From: Fibrobacterales bacterium | GTDB lineage: Bacteria > Fibrobacterota > Fibrobacteria > Fibrobacterales > JAOPTW01 | Reading direction: 5' to 3' | Assembly: GCA_051532035.1 (NCBI GenBank) | Contig: JAOPTW010000096.1 | Span: forward strand, 1 to 15,373 | Length of the DNA: 15,373 nt | Shown: positions 7,429 through 15,373 of the stretch, in pieces | Position numbering within the stretch: the stretch's first letter is position 1 | Layout of the letters: each line of letters opens with the position of its first letter | Notes under the pieces: model-generated | What the model saw: the letters and a program-made list of their open reading frames with translations, nothing else | The model's database searches: none | What the model was told of the DNA's origin: nothing | Position numbers and translations under genes: made by a program

Positions 7429-8331
7429 ATGCCAGAATTAACTTTTACGGGTCAAACTGATGAAAGAATCACCGTTCAACTCCCCTCTCGAATACTCTAT
7501 GCCAAATGGCGGGGAAGTGCTACCTCTGCAGGTGGCACTATTACCATTGAGGTTCTTACCCAGTGGGTCGGCAACACCTCTGATATCACTATCAATGTAA
7601 AAGACAGAGAGGATAATCTTGTTGACACCATTACAGGGAAAGTGTGGAACAATCTGTTTCGTAAAGAGTATATCCCTGCGCCCAATGCGACACAAGGGCT
7701 CTATTTTGAAGTTGATATGAGTGCTCACGGGCTCTCTGCGAGGAGTAATATCATGCGGGTGTTCCCTACGGTGAGTATTGAGAATATGCGATTTTTGAAT
7801 GCTGAAGAAGCAGAGCTTGAGAGTATTTCGGAGAATATGGAAGGATTTCTCAAATGTGATATTGTAGGACCACCAGATGGCACTAAAGCTCTAATAAAAT
7901 TGTATGAACAGTACTCAGAGTTTGAAAAACGCTTTGTGTTCTCTCAAGAGGCCACTATTGAAAGTGGGAGCATAATAGTGCCTTGGTCAGAGAAACTAGG
8001 AAAAGATCTAGGAGAGATTGACACCCACAATGAACTTGCGCCAGATGCCGGGGAGTATTACCAACCAAAATATTGGTATAGCGTTGAGTGTTATGCCACC
8101 AAAGAAACATCTGATATGGTACCAGTAGCTCACGAGATTGTTCTTGAATATGTTGAAGAACCTGGAGTGGCAGGAAGGTATGAAGGCAAAATGGTTACCC
8201 TTATTGCTCCTGATGGTACCGAAGAAGAGATACCCGTTCCTGCTGATGGCAGAATAGTCGTAGAGAACAGTATGCCGGGTAGATATTCAGTTGATGATAC
8301 AGCGGTATTCGCAACCGAAGAAGCTGAGTAA
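7429..8331 (+). CDS. Acidic, beta-rich hypothetical protein without signal peptide; C-terminal segment resembles a transthyretin/carboxypeptidase-regulatory-like fold
   Basis: 300-aa ORF with GGAG SD, alternating beta-strand patterns and C-terminal LIAPDGTEEEIPVPADGRIVVENSMPGRYSV. The gene call is solid; the function is inferred. Confidence 0.8.
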   Translation: MPELTFTGQTDERITVQLPSRILYAKWRGSATSAGGTITIEVLTQWVGNTSDITINVKDREDNLVDTITGKVWNNLFRKEYIPAPNATQGLYFEVDMSAHGLSARSNIMRVFPTVSIENMRFLNAEEAELESISENMEGFLKCDIVGPPDGTKALIKLYEQYSEFEKRFVFSQEATIESGSIIVPWSEKLGKDLGEIDTHNELAPDAGEYYQPKYWYSVECYATKETSDMVPVAHEIVLEYVEEPGVAGRYEGKMVTLIAPDGTEEEIPVPADGRIVVENSMPGRYSVDDTAVFATEEAE

Positions 8332-8436
8332 AGAGCGGCATCGATTTTCTCTCTATTAAAATGAATACTATTGAGTGTAAGCCACCCCTATTTTGCTTCT
8401 CAATATTTTGAATGACTTTAAACTATTGGATTACCT

Positions 8437-11400
8437 ATGAGTACTACTACAACATCTGAACAAACACTACGGACATACACCGTTCAAGCGGGTGATAGCT
8501 TGACGCTTATTGCTGATAGATATGATGGTGTTTCTCGAGAAGATATTTATGAAACGAATAAAACCAAAATACAGAGAGAAATCGCATCACATTTAGTCAA
8601 TTTTAATGCGTACATCGGTCAAAGAAGTGCCGAAGAGATAAATGAAATTGCTGAAAAAAATGAGTATCTCAACTCTATTGAGGCTATGATAGATCAGTAT
8701 GATCGTGAGCACTTTAATGAAGATACTACAGATAACAGTGCAATGATACAATTGTCTACACTTCATAAAAACAATCTACAAAGCATCAGTTTGCAAAGAA
8801 CTAAGGAGCCCAAAGACTATTCCGACCTACCTGAGGCCTATGAAATTGCAGGGACAACCAATAGTATTGAAATGGAGTGGATTGACGAAGCAGGCCTCCT
8901 CAAGGCAATCGTCAAGAAAAAATATGTATTCTCTAATGGAGATATAGCGTTTCGACATGAACTCGCACTGTCAGAAGGAACAAAGCCTTGTTTAGTTCTC
9001 TATTCCGAAGACCTATGTTTCTTACTCCGTGATGAACTAGACAATTTAGTCTGGACCGAAATCGATAGCATAAGAAATGGAAGGGCACGCTATAAAAAAT
9101 TCATGCATTCCGCAGGAACCCATTTCATCGGAGAGTTTGTTAAGCAGGGCACTGCTATCAGAGATAAAATCACGAAAAGGGTTATTGATAATTTACCCGA
9201 TCAAACTCAAGAATCGTTACAAAATGAAATTGCAAAGACGAGTGCAGACATTATAGCCGGTGGAACAATCTACAAGTATACCCTATATGAGGGGATGGTG
9301 TTGATTATTCCAGAAGTTAAAATGATTAATAGAAAAATCGGGTGGGATGAGGTTAAAAATTCTGGGATAGAAAACTCATCAGAACCCCCTGAACCTCAAA
9401 GAATTCTATCTACTACTAAATTTGATTCGTATGTAGCTCTCTGTGCTCGATGGTTAACGTTGACAGGTGAAGAATTTGATGCTGTGGCACTTGAAGCGAC
9501 AAACACACTGAGTGTAGAACGCCAAATATCACAGCAAATACTTAATGGCTTACAATACGAAGACTATAGAGGCAGAGGACTTCCTGAAAATATCAACATT
9601 TATTTTCCAGAGAGTGATATAGTGAGCAAACAACCACGTCCATTTAAGGTAAACTCGAACACAAAGGAGAGTAGTAATACTTCATTTGTTTCTGTACAAG
9701 TAATCCAAAATTTTAAATATGATCATAGAACATTAACTGAAAATGATGTTGTAAGAGAAGAGCAAAGAGTTGCTCAGAGACGGTATATATATGGTTGGAA
9801 AATCAATGCAGCAGGAGAGGCAGATGATCTAGGGCTTTTTTATGTCGACATTAATGGCAATATAAGAGACCTTTATTGTGCTTTATTACCCCAAAAAAAT
9901 GGTAAAGACTTTGTTCCATTAACTCCACCTGAATTAACAGAATATGGTTATGATTTTGCAGTAAGGCATTCTGAATATGGGTGGATGACTTATTTAAATA
10001 AAACTGCATTAGCAAGGGAAGTCGATGAATCAAATAAAGACTGGGTAGCGGATGAAAAAATACGCCAACGAACTAGTTATTGGCCTAACTGCCTAGACGA
10101 ACATCAATTCATAGATTACTCTGATTGTGATCGCATAGCATTTTGTTACTTACCCCTTGAAATGATAAATCAAAAAATAGCAGTATACCGATTAAATAGC
10201 CAGGAGGATACACTATGCTATAACCGTGAGAATGTTCACATCAGTATAAATGCATTTAAAGACCCTAACAAACGAAAATCATTCGTATATGATAGTCTTT
10301 ACTTTCAAATAGATTATAATACTATTCCTCAGAGCTGGTTAACCCATATCAGAATAGATGAGATCACAGAATTAAATACTCCTATAGAAATTCCGATTCA
10401 TTTTAGTGAACACTTAGGTTTAATCAGCCGTTATACTAGTCTTGTGAATTTAGAAATATTACAATCGAGTTCTGTTTTGAAACAACAGCATGATCACAGT
10501 GATTCTTTAGATCTCCTTAGTACTCTGACAGAAATGATGTCTACTTATTCAGTGAAAAATAAAGATTTTAACTATAAAGAACACCCAGATGGATGTGTAT
10601 CAGACACTTATCCAACAATTAAAGAAAATCGACCACTCTGGCGTGCCTGGAGTGAAATGGCGCATAGAATTAGAAAAACCAATACACCTGGAACACTGCA
10701 ACAAAAAAATTCACTTTACAAGCACATTGATACTGAAGAATCATTTACGCATATAACATATATGAAAATGGCAGCAGATATTTTATGGTCCCTCTTTAAT
10801 GACATTAAGTTTAAAAAAGAGTATGAATACTATTATGCATATTTAGTGTCACCAGAAGATTCTGAAAATGAAATGTTTTCAACCTTAGAGATTAGTGATT
10901 TATCATTACTTGAAAGTTCTGCGCTCTTTGCAATGACAATTGAAGAGACTCGGGATTTATTTAAATTCCGAAGTACTATCCAGCTTCCGATCCAAATTAT
11001 AGGTAATGCAATGACTGCATTTAAGGATGGGAAATATAATAATATAGCTGATGTTATATATCGTGATGAAATTAAAAATTATTTACTCAAGAAAAGGAAA
11101 GATTTTTTGAGGCTCTTTCCTTTTGATCCTGATGAGAGTCCAAAATTTATGGAACAACTCGGTATTGCTGATAATATCGATTACAACATTTCCGCTGCTA
11201 ACGAAACAATCAGAAAAAAAAACCTAAACGGCATGTTAGAAAATGCCTTATGGAAGGAGAAATTTGAGGACGATAGACCTGATGATTTAGTATTTTCATT
11301 TATTAAAATTGGTGGAGTGGTAGCATCACTTTGGGGAAACCAACAAGCAGGGCCCGATTCTATAATTACTAAGGTATTAAAAAATTACGCCCAATACAAA

Positions 11401-13311
11401 GTTCCTAAGCTGCGAGGAATTAGTAAAATCACTATAAATAATGCTGTATTGAATATACAGGTGGCTATTTCTAAGCTCGTGGAGGATGACATACTAAAAA
11501 AGGACACAGCTAATAATGGTTCAAATACAGAGCAAAAAAACACAACTAAACGTCAATTCAAAAGAACAAATAAAGATCATACTGGAGGGGGAAAATTAAA
11601 AGGGGTACCAAATAGCGCACCAAACAACGTATTTAAAAGAATAAAGGATTTAGATCTTAAAGCATTTCTAAATGATGATTCATTTAAATTCAATAAGTAT
11701 AATTACTTTAAAGATTCTGAGATATCCAAACTTATCAAGGATGTTAACAAGCTTGACACTGATCATATGAATATCAATAAAGGTAATTATGTACGTGAAA
11801 TAGAAAATAAAAAGTTAGGGATGTTTGGAAACTACTTATGTTCAACTATAGGTACTTTAGTTGCGACAGCTCAACTATATGTTATTTATAAAGAAAAAGC
11901 AGTCCCTGGTAAAGATGGAGAATTTGATTTAGACATTTGGGATTTATTAAACATTACTCAAGCAGTAGGCAGTGGCGCTCTTGCAATAACGGGATTTAGC
12001 GGCCTCCTTAGAATGTTTGAAAAAAGCAATACACTAGCTACTGAAATTATCGATCCTAAACTAGTGCATAGTAAGGTAGTTAAGAAATTATTATCCAGTA
12101 AATTTAAAAAAATGTTTTTTGGGGAAGTTACTACTGAATCCATTGAAAAACTATCGGGGAGTTGGCCCAGAGGGATGAAATTAGGTACACTTTTAGGAGT
12201 TATCGGTATTGCAATGGATATTAAAGCAGCAATGCAGGCAGATAAAATTGGAGATGACTGGGAGTATTGGCTTAACATAGGTTCAGCTATTGGTTCTGGT
12301 TTAGGAATGGCAGCCTGGATAGGGTCAGCTTTAACTGCAGGTGTATCAGGGTCTGCCATTGCCGGAATTTGCGGGATTTTAGGGCCTATTGGTGCAGTAA
12401 TTGGAATTGGAATTATGTCTGCATTAATCATTAAAGAAATTACTACCTCAAGCCTTGAAGAATATATGAAAAAGACTTTTACATTATTACAGGATTCAAA
12501 ACTTTTTTTCGAAGATAGTTCCGAACAGGTTATTGATTATTCCCCTTTTTATTGTGCTCGGCAATTAGTTGGGAGTAATGAAATCAAATATGGTTCCAGT
12601 TATATGTATATGTTTGACCAATTACGCAGTAGAAAATTTAAAATAAAATCTTATATGAATACAACGAGTTCTAACACTAGTCCACCAACAGGAAGTACAT
12701 TAAAGGATTATACCCAAACATCAGTAACAGATCTCCACCGTCTTTTAAAATTGTCAACTGAAGTAGTAAATGATGAAGAACGAGAAGTTGTAATTGATCG
12801 TTTTCGACTCGATTATGCTCTTCCCAATATAATAAGTAATTCCTCAATTACACCTGAGACATTATATAAGATGTTTCCAGTTGAGTCCTGTAATTTATTA
12901 TTAAAACTACAGGGAACAAATTCTGGCGAAGTAAATTCAGTTGTGCTAGATGCTTATAAAAAATGTGAACTCCCCCCCCTTTCTAGTATCGTGCCATGGA
13001 CTAATACTGACAGCGGGTTATATACTTCTTCTACAGGGCCAATGATGCCAACAGTTCATGTACCCATAGAAAAGAAAATCAGTCTAATGAAGAAAAATGG
13101 GTCGAAAGCATTTTCTATAATTTGCAAAACAATAAAAAACAAAATGGAATCGGATCTTACGATTGAAGAAGCTAAAATCATGGGAAATAAAAAGGATTAT
13201 TCACATTCTCCAAGAATTCAAATAACACATGAAAACAATAACAGTGAGGAAAGTAATATTGAAGAGACTATTAAAGTATATTTTTTAAGCTTTTGCTCAT
13301 TAGGAATTTAA
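8437..13311 (+). CDS. Large LysM-containing protein with C-terminal Gly/Ala-rich hydrophobic helices; candidate secreted pore-forming effector
   Basis: 1624-aa ORF with no signal peptide. LysM motif YTVQAGDSLTLIADRYDGVSREDIYETNK (aa 14-42). Hydrophobic segments at about 11815-12010 and 12181-12432 (LGTLLGVIGIAM; IGSAIGSGLGMAAWIGSALTAGVSGSAIAGICGILGPIGAVIGIGIMSALII). The toxin role is inferred. Confidence 0.8.
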   Translation: MSTTTTSEQTLRTYTVQAGDSLTLIADRYDGVSREDIYETNKTKIQREIASHLVNFNAYIGQRSAEEINEIAEKNEYLNSIEAMIDQYDREHFNEDTTDNSAMIQLSTLHKNNLQSISLQRTKEPKDYSDLPEAYEIAGTTNSIEMEWIDEAGLLKAIVKKKYVFSNGDIAFRHELALSEGTKPCLVLYSEDLCFLLRDELDNLVWTEIDSIRNGRARYKKFMHSAGTHFIGEFVKQGTAIRDKITKRVIDNLPDQTQESLQNEIAKTSADIIAGGTIYKYTLYEGMVLIIPEVKMINRKIGWDEVKNSGIENSSEPPEPQRILSTTKFDSYVALCARWLTLTGEEFDAVALEATNTLSVERQISQQILNGLQYEDYRGRGLPENINIYFPESDIVSKQPRPFKVNSNTKESSNTSFVSVQVIQNFKYDHRTLTENDVVREEQRVAQRRYIYGWKINAAGEADDLGLFYVDINGNIRDLYCALLPQKNGKDFVPLTPPELTEYGYDFAVRHSEYGWMTYLNKTALAREVDESNKDWVADEKIRQRTSYWPNCLDEHQFIDYSDCDRIAFCYLPLEMINQKIAVYRLNSQEDTLCYNRENVHISINAFKDPNKRKSFVYDSLYFQIDYNTIPQSWLTHIRIDEITELNTPIEIPIHFSEHLGLISRYTSLVNLEILQSSSVLKQQHDHSDSLDLLSTLTEMMSTYSVKNKDFNYKEHPDGCVSDTYPTIKENRPLWRAWSEMAHRIRKTNTPGTLQQKNSLYKHIDTEESFTHITYMKMAADILWSLFNDIKFKKEYEYYYAYLVSPEDSENEMFSTLEISDLSLLESSALFAMTIEETRDLFKFRSTIQLPIQIIGNAMTAFKDGKYNNIADVIYRDEIKNYLLKKRKDFLRLFPFDPDESPKFMEQLGIADNIDYNISAANETIRKKNLNGMLENALWKEKFEDDRPDDLVFSFIKIGGVVASLWGNQQAGPDSIITKVLKNYAQYKVPKLRGISKITINNAVLNIQVAISKLVEDDILKKDTANNGSNTEQKNTTKRQFKRTNKDHTGGGKLKGVPNSAPNNVFKRIKDLDLKAFLNDDSFKFNKYNYFKDSEISKLIKDVNKLDTDHMNINKGNYVREIENKKLGMFGNYLCSTIGTLVATAQLYVIYKEKAVPGKDGEFDLDIWDLLNITQAVGSGALAITGFSGLLRMFEKSNTLATEIIDPKLVHSKVVKKLLSSKFKKMFFGEVTTESIEKLSGSWPRGMKLGTLLGVIGIAMDIKAAMQADKIGDDWEYWLNIGSAIGSGLGMAAWIGSALTAGVSGSAIAGICGILGPIGAVIGIGIMSALIIKEITTSSLEEYMKKTFTLLQDSKLFFEDSSEQVIDYSPFYCARQLVGSNEIKYGSSYMYMFDQLRSRKFKIKSYMNTTSSNTSPPTGSTLKDYTQTSVTDLHRLLKLSTEVVNDEEREVVIDRFRLDYALPNIISNSSITPETLYKMFPVESCNLLLKLQGTNSGEVNSVVLDAYKKCELPPLSSIVPWTNTDSGLYTSSTGPMMPTVHVPIEKKISLMKKNGSKAFSIICKTIKNKMESDLTIEEAKIMGNKKDYSHSPRIQITHENNNSEESNIEETIKVYFLSFCSLGI

Positions 13312-13750
13312 TTTGAATTTATTTTGAATGAGCAGTATTGGAAGAACGGTACATTGCCATTTAAACGGTTTAAACATAAAAACAATACATTCGATGGTGA
13401 ACGATGGGATAGTTCAGGATTGAGTTATTTTAAAGACAGCTCCAAAACTTAAATTGGTGATGGGCTCTTTGAAATTAAAGTTTTGGTACTTTTAACTATG
13501 AATGCAAATCCTATCGACTAGGCGAACATATATATTGCAATGACACCCAAAATCATCAGTATCATAAAGATATCAATTTTTTCCTCCCTGAAATGGCACC
13601 CGACACATCAGAAGCTCTCCCAACCCTTCCTTATTTCAGCGATGATTCAAGAAAACATTCGCTAAGAACAGAAGATGCTATTGATACATATTTTTCTTTT
13701 TGGAGAAAACCAAAAAACACTATCACTATTGAACAACTCAGGGAGCGGTA
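13312..13750 (+). pseudogene. Decayed coding-like sequence (former C-terminus of the large gene or a broken downstream gene) ending at the IS
   Basis: The frame of the large ORF continues for 46 sense codons after the TAA (FEFILNEQYWKNGTLPFKRFKHKNNTFDGERWDSSGLSYFKDSSKT) to a TAA at 13450-13452. A second frame is open from 13479 to the IS end, about 90 codons (SFGTFNYECKSYRLGEHIY...TITIEQLRERY). Confidence 0.45.
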
Positions 13751-13788
13751 TGTCTCAGGCAAAATGTCCGTTTTGCATAATTTAATAT

Positions 13789-14802
13789 CTACATCGCTGC
13801 TTGCAAGGTTACGTGGTGTTTAAGTTCAACTATCTCAGGAATTTCATACACCTTTTTTCTACGACCATGCCTAGATGGGTGAGCGACTCTATTTAAATCC
13901 AACTGTATATTTCTCTCTTCTAGTATCTCTTTTTCCAAGCCCAAATGAACCTCATATGGACTCAAATAATCAAGGCCAGAGTGCTTGTGCTCAAAGTTAT
14001 ACCACTCAACAAACTGTTCTACAAAGTTATTAGCGCCTTCAATTGTCATGAAGTGGTCAGGATACAAAACCCGGCCTTTCATGGTTGCAAAGATGCTCTC
14101 AGCAAAAGCATTGTCATTACTTGTATGAGGTCGGCTGTGAGTTGCATTAACTGACAAATCATTAAATAATTCATTGAGGGTTACGCTTCTCATAGTCTGA
14201 CCGTTGTCTGCGTGAACTGTTAAAATATTTTCTTTAACAATATCATGTGTAGCAAATGCTCGTGCAAACAATTGGCGAGCATACGTACCATCCTCTGTTG
14301 TATGAATCTCCCAGTCGACGATAAAACGTGAGTAGAGATCAATGATAAGATACAAATAGAAGTATTTGCCCCGTACATTTGATGGAAGCCATGTTATGTC
14401 CCAACACCAAACTTTGCAAGGGGAACTCGCTTTTAATTCTGGTCGAATTCGTCTGATTTTGTTGTGATTCTTCTTTTCATCAACTGACTTTATTGAATTG
14501 AGCACACGAATGCATGATGCGGGTGATGCAATATATATCCCTTTATCCATAAGCTTTGCATGGACAACTCGAACTGGTTGGCCATCGAGCTCATCAGATT
14601 TAAAATGCGTTATGATAGATTGTTGTTCAAGAGGAGAAAGCTGTTGGCTTTTCGCACGGTACCCACCTTTTCTACCATCCACTGGGTTTTGTTTCCAACG
14701 TCTCAATCGTCGTTCACACAGACTAATTGCTGCACAAGCTTTATATTGCCGAGCACCATCTTTAACAGCTGTATCAACAGCTTCTAAAATCATCATTTTC
14801 AT
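13789..14802 (-). CDS. IS3-family transposase OrfB (DDE integrase core)
   Basis: VWCWDITW, IIDLYSRFIVDW, HADNG, SRPHTSNDNAFAESIFATMK and WYNFEHKHSGLDYLSP give an intact D-D-E triad context. Confidence 0.95.
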   Translation of the reverse strand: MKMMILEAVDTAVKDGARQYKACAAISLCERRLRRWKQNPVDGRKGGYRAKSQQLSPLEQQSIITHFKSDELDGQPVRVVHAKLMDKGIYIASPASCIRVLNSIKSVDEKKNHNKIRRIRPELKASSPCKVWCWDITWLPSNVRGKYFYLYLIIDLYSRFIVDWEIHTTEDGTYARQLFARAFATHDIVKENILTVHADNGQTMRSVTLNELFNDLSVNATHSRPHTSNDNAFAESIFATMKGRVLYPDHFMTIEGANNFVEQFVEWYNFEHKHSGLDYLSPYEVHLGLEKEILEERNIQLDLNRVAHPSRHGRRKKVYEIPEIVELKHHVTLQAAM

Positions 14803-14805
14803 TTT

Positions 14806-14848
14806 GACCTCTAGCTTTCGTCGCCAAATAGGTCCGATGTTTTTTTTT
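14806..14848 (-). other. Programmed -1 frameshift signal (A9 run plus downstream hairpin)
   Basis: Nine A on the minus strand (14848-14840) in CAA AAA AAA ACA. The -1 frame is open into orfB (NIGPIWRRKLEVKMKMM). Hairpin GACCT-ATT-TGGC-GACGAAA-GCTA-G-AGGTC begins 5 nt downstream. Confidence 0.85.
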
Positions 14849-15287
14849 GAAGAATCAAGAGGGCTGCCGCTTCGGCTAAAGCATCTGTTTTACGCCTCAG
14901 CTCTTTTTCCTGTTTAGCAACAATCTTGTCGTGCTCCTTCTTAGAAATTACGGCTCCTGATTCAGAGTGCTCGATAGCCCCAAGGGCCAAATCTTTCCAT
15001 GACAGTAATTCCTCAAGGCTTACACCTTTCTTATCGCAGAACGCTTGTAACTTGTCACCTGTTAGGTCTTCACTTTCAGCGAGAAGGGCAAATTTCTTTA
15101 TGGGGGATCGTTTTGATGTTTTCTTTTTCATACCAAATATATTTTTAGATTTACGTTCACTATAGCTCCAGGCGTATAATGTAGCTTTTGGTATCTTCAA
15201 TTCCTCTGATAAAACCCTGATGGATGGACACTCAGGCTTTTTGATTCTCTTTAAGAACTCTTCTCTTCCAGTATATTTCTGTCTCAT
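14811..15287 (-). CDS. IS3-family transposase OrfA (HTH)
   Basis: HTH-like SIRVLSEELKIPKATLYAW, FCDKKGVSLEELLSWK, and coiled-coil KELRRKTDALAEAAALLILQKK ending at the slippery site. Confidence 0.92.
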   Translation of the reverse strand: MRQKYTGREEFLKRIKKPECPSIRVLSEELKIPKATLYAWSYSERKSKNIFGMKKKTSKRSPIKKFALLAESEDLTGDKLQAFCDKKGVSLEELLSWKDLALGAIEHSESGAVISKKEHDKIVAKQEKELRRKTDALAEAAALLILQKKTSDLFGDES

Positions 15288-15373
15288 TATTACTCAATTT
15301 CGCCCCATTATTTAGGTAATCAAGCGGACATTTTGACCTGAGACAAGGCGGACATCATCTAGCTCACTTGAAA

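Larger units (their letters stand above)
13751..15345 (-). mobile_element. IS3-family insertion sequence, about 1.6 kb, apparently complete
   Basis: Terminal inverted repeats TGTCTCAGG-CAAAATGTCCG (13751-13770) and TGTCTCAGGTCAAAATGTCCG (minus strand, 15345-15325) with 5'-TG..CA-3' ends. orfA and orfB are in -1 phase. No target duplication is evident. Confidence 0.92.

Noticed and set aside
8368..8405. Hairpin TATTGAG..AAGC/GCTT-CTCAATA between the 300-aa and 1624-aa genes, and the CCCCTATTTTG word shared with ~4797
   Set aside because: Both are short and AT-rich, plausible by chance, and too weak to call a terminator or operator.
7438..12431. Minus-strand ORFs 7438-7728, 7497-7685, 9851-10033 and 11958-12431
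   Set aside because: They are antisense shadows. The Pro/Ala-rich 157-aa ORF simply mirrors the Gly-rich codons of the large gene.
13593..13823. 76-aa ORF as an intact immunity gene
   Set aside because: It has no SD, the frame is open upstream of the ATG, and its last 24 codons come from the IS end. It is treated as part of the decayed region.
13945..15165. + strand ORFs within the IS
   Set aside because: They are antisense to orfA/orfB with no supporting motifs.

Overview
AT-rich bacterial window. A TIGR02147-like gene and Ser-rich lipoproteins suggest Fibrobacterota, but this is an inference. Left to right: (1) a minus-strand lipoprotein gene missing from the ORF track (start 1369, runs off the left edge) with a PKD-like segment, Ser-rich linker and InlB B-type (Listeria-Bacteroides) repeats; (2) a voltage-gated-type K+ channel (TVGYGD filter); (3) two paralogous lipoproteins with DNRLRE-like domains flanking a TIGR02147/DUF4423-like gene; (4) a 300-aa acidic beta-rich protein followed by a 1624-aa protein with an apparently split N-terminal LysM and C-terminal Gly-rich hydrophobic helices, a candidate adaptor plus pore-forming effector pair; (5) decayed coding-like sequence after that gene, ending at (6) a complete IS3-family element with a -1 frameshift site. 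The most notable unexplained signals are two 130-145 nt leader regions (2401-2544 and 7274-7406) closed by long base-paired stems just upstream of ribosome binding sites, a probable ATC start codon at 2569, and the split-LysM effector candidate. All family assignments come from motif recognition by eye, not database searches.
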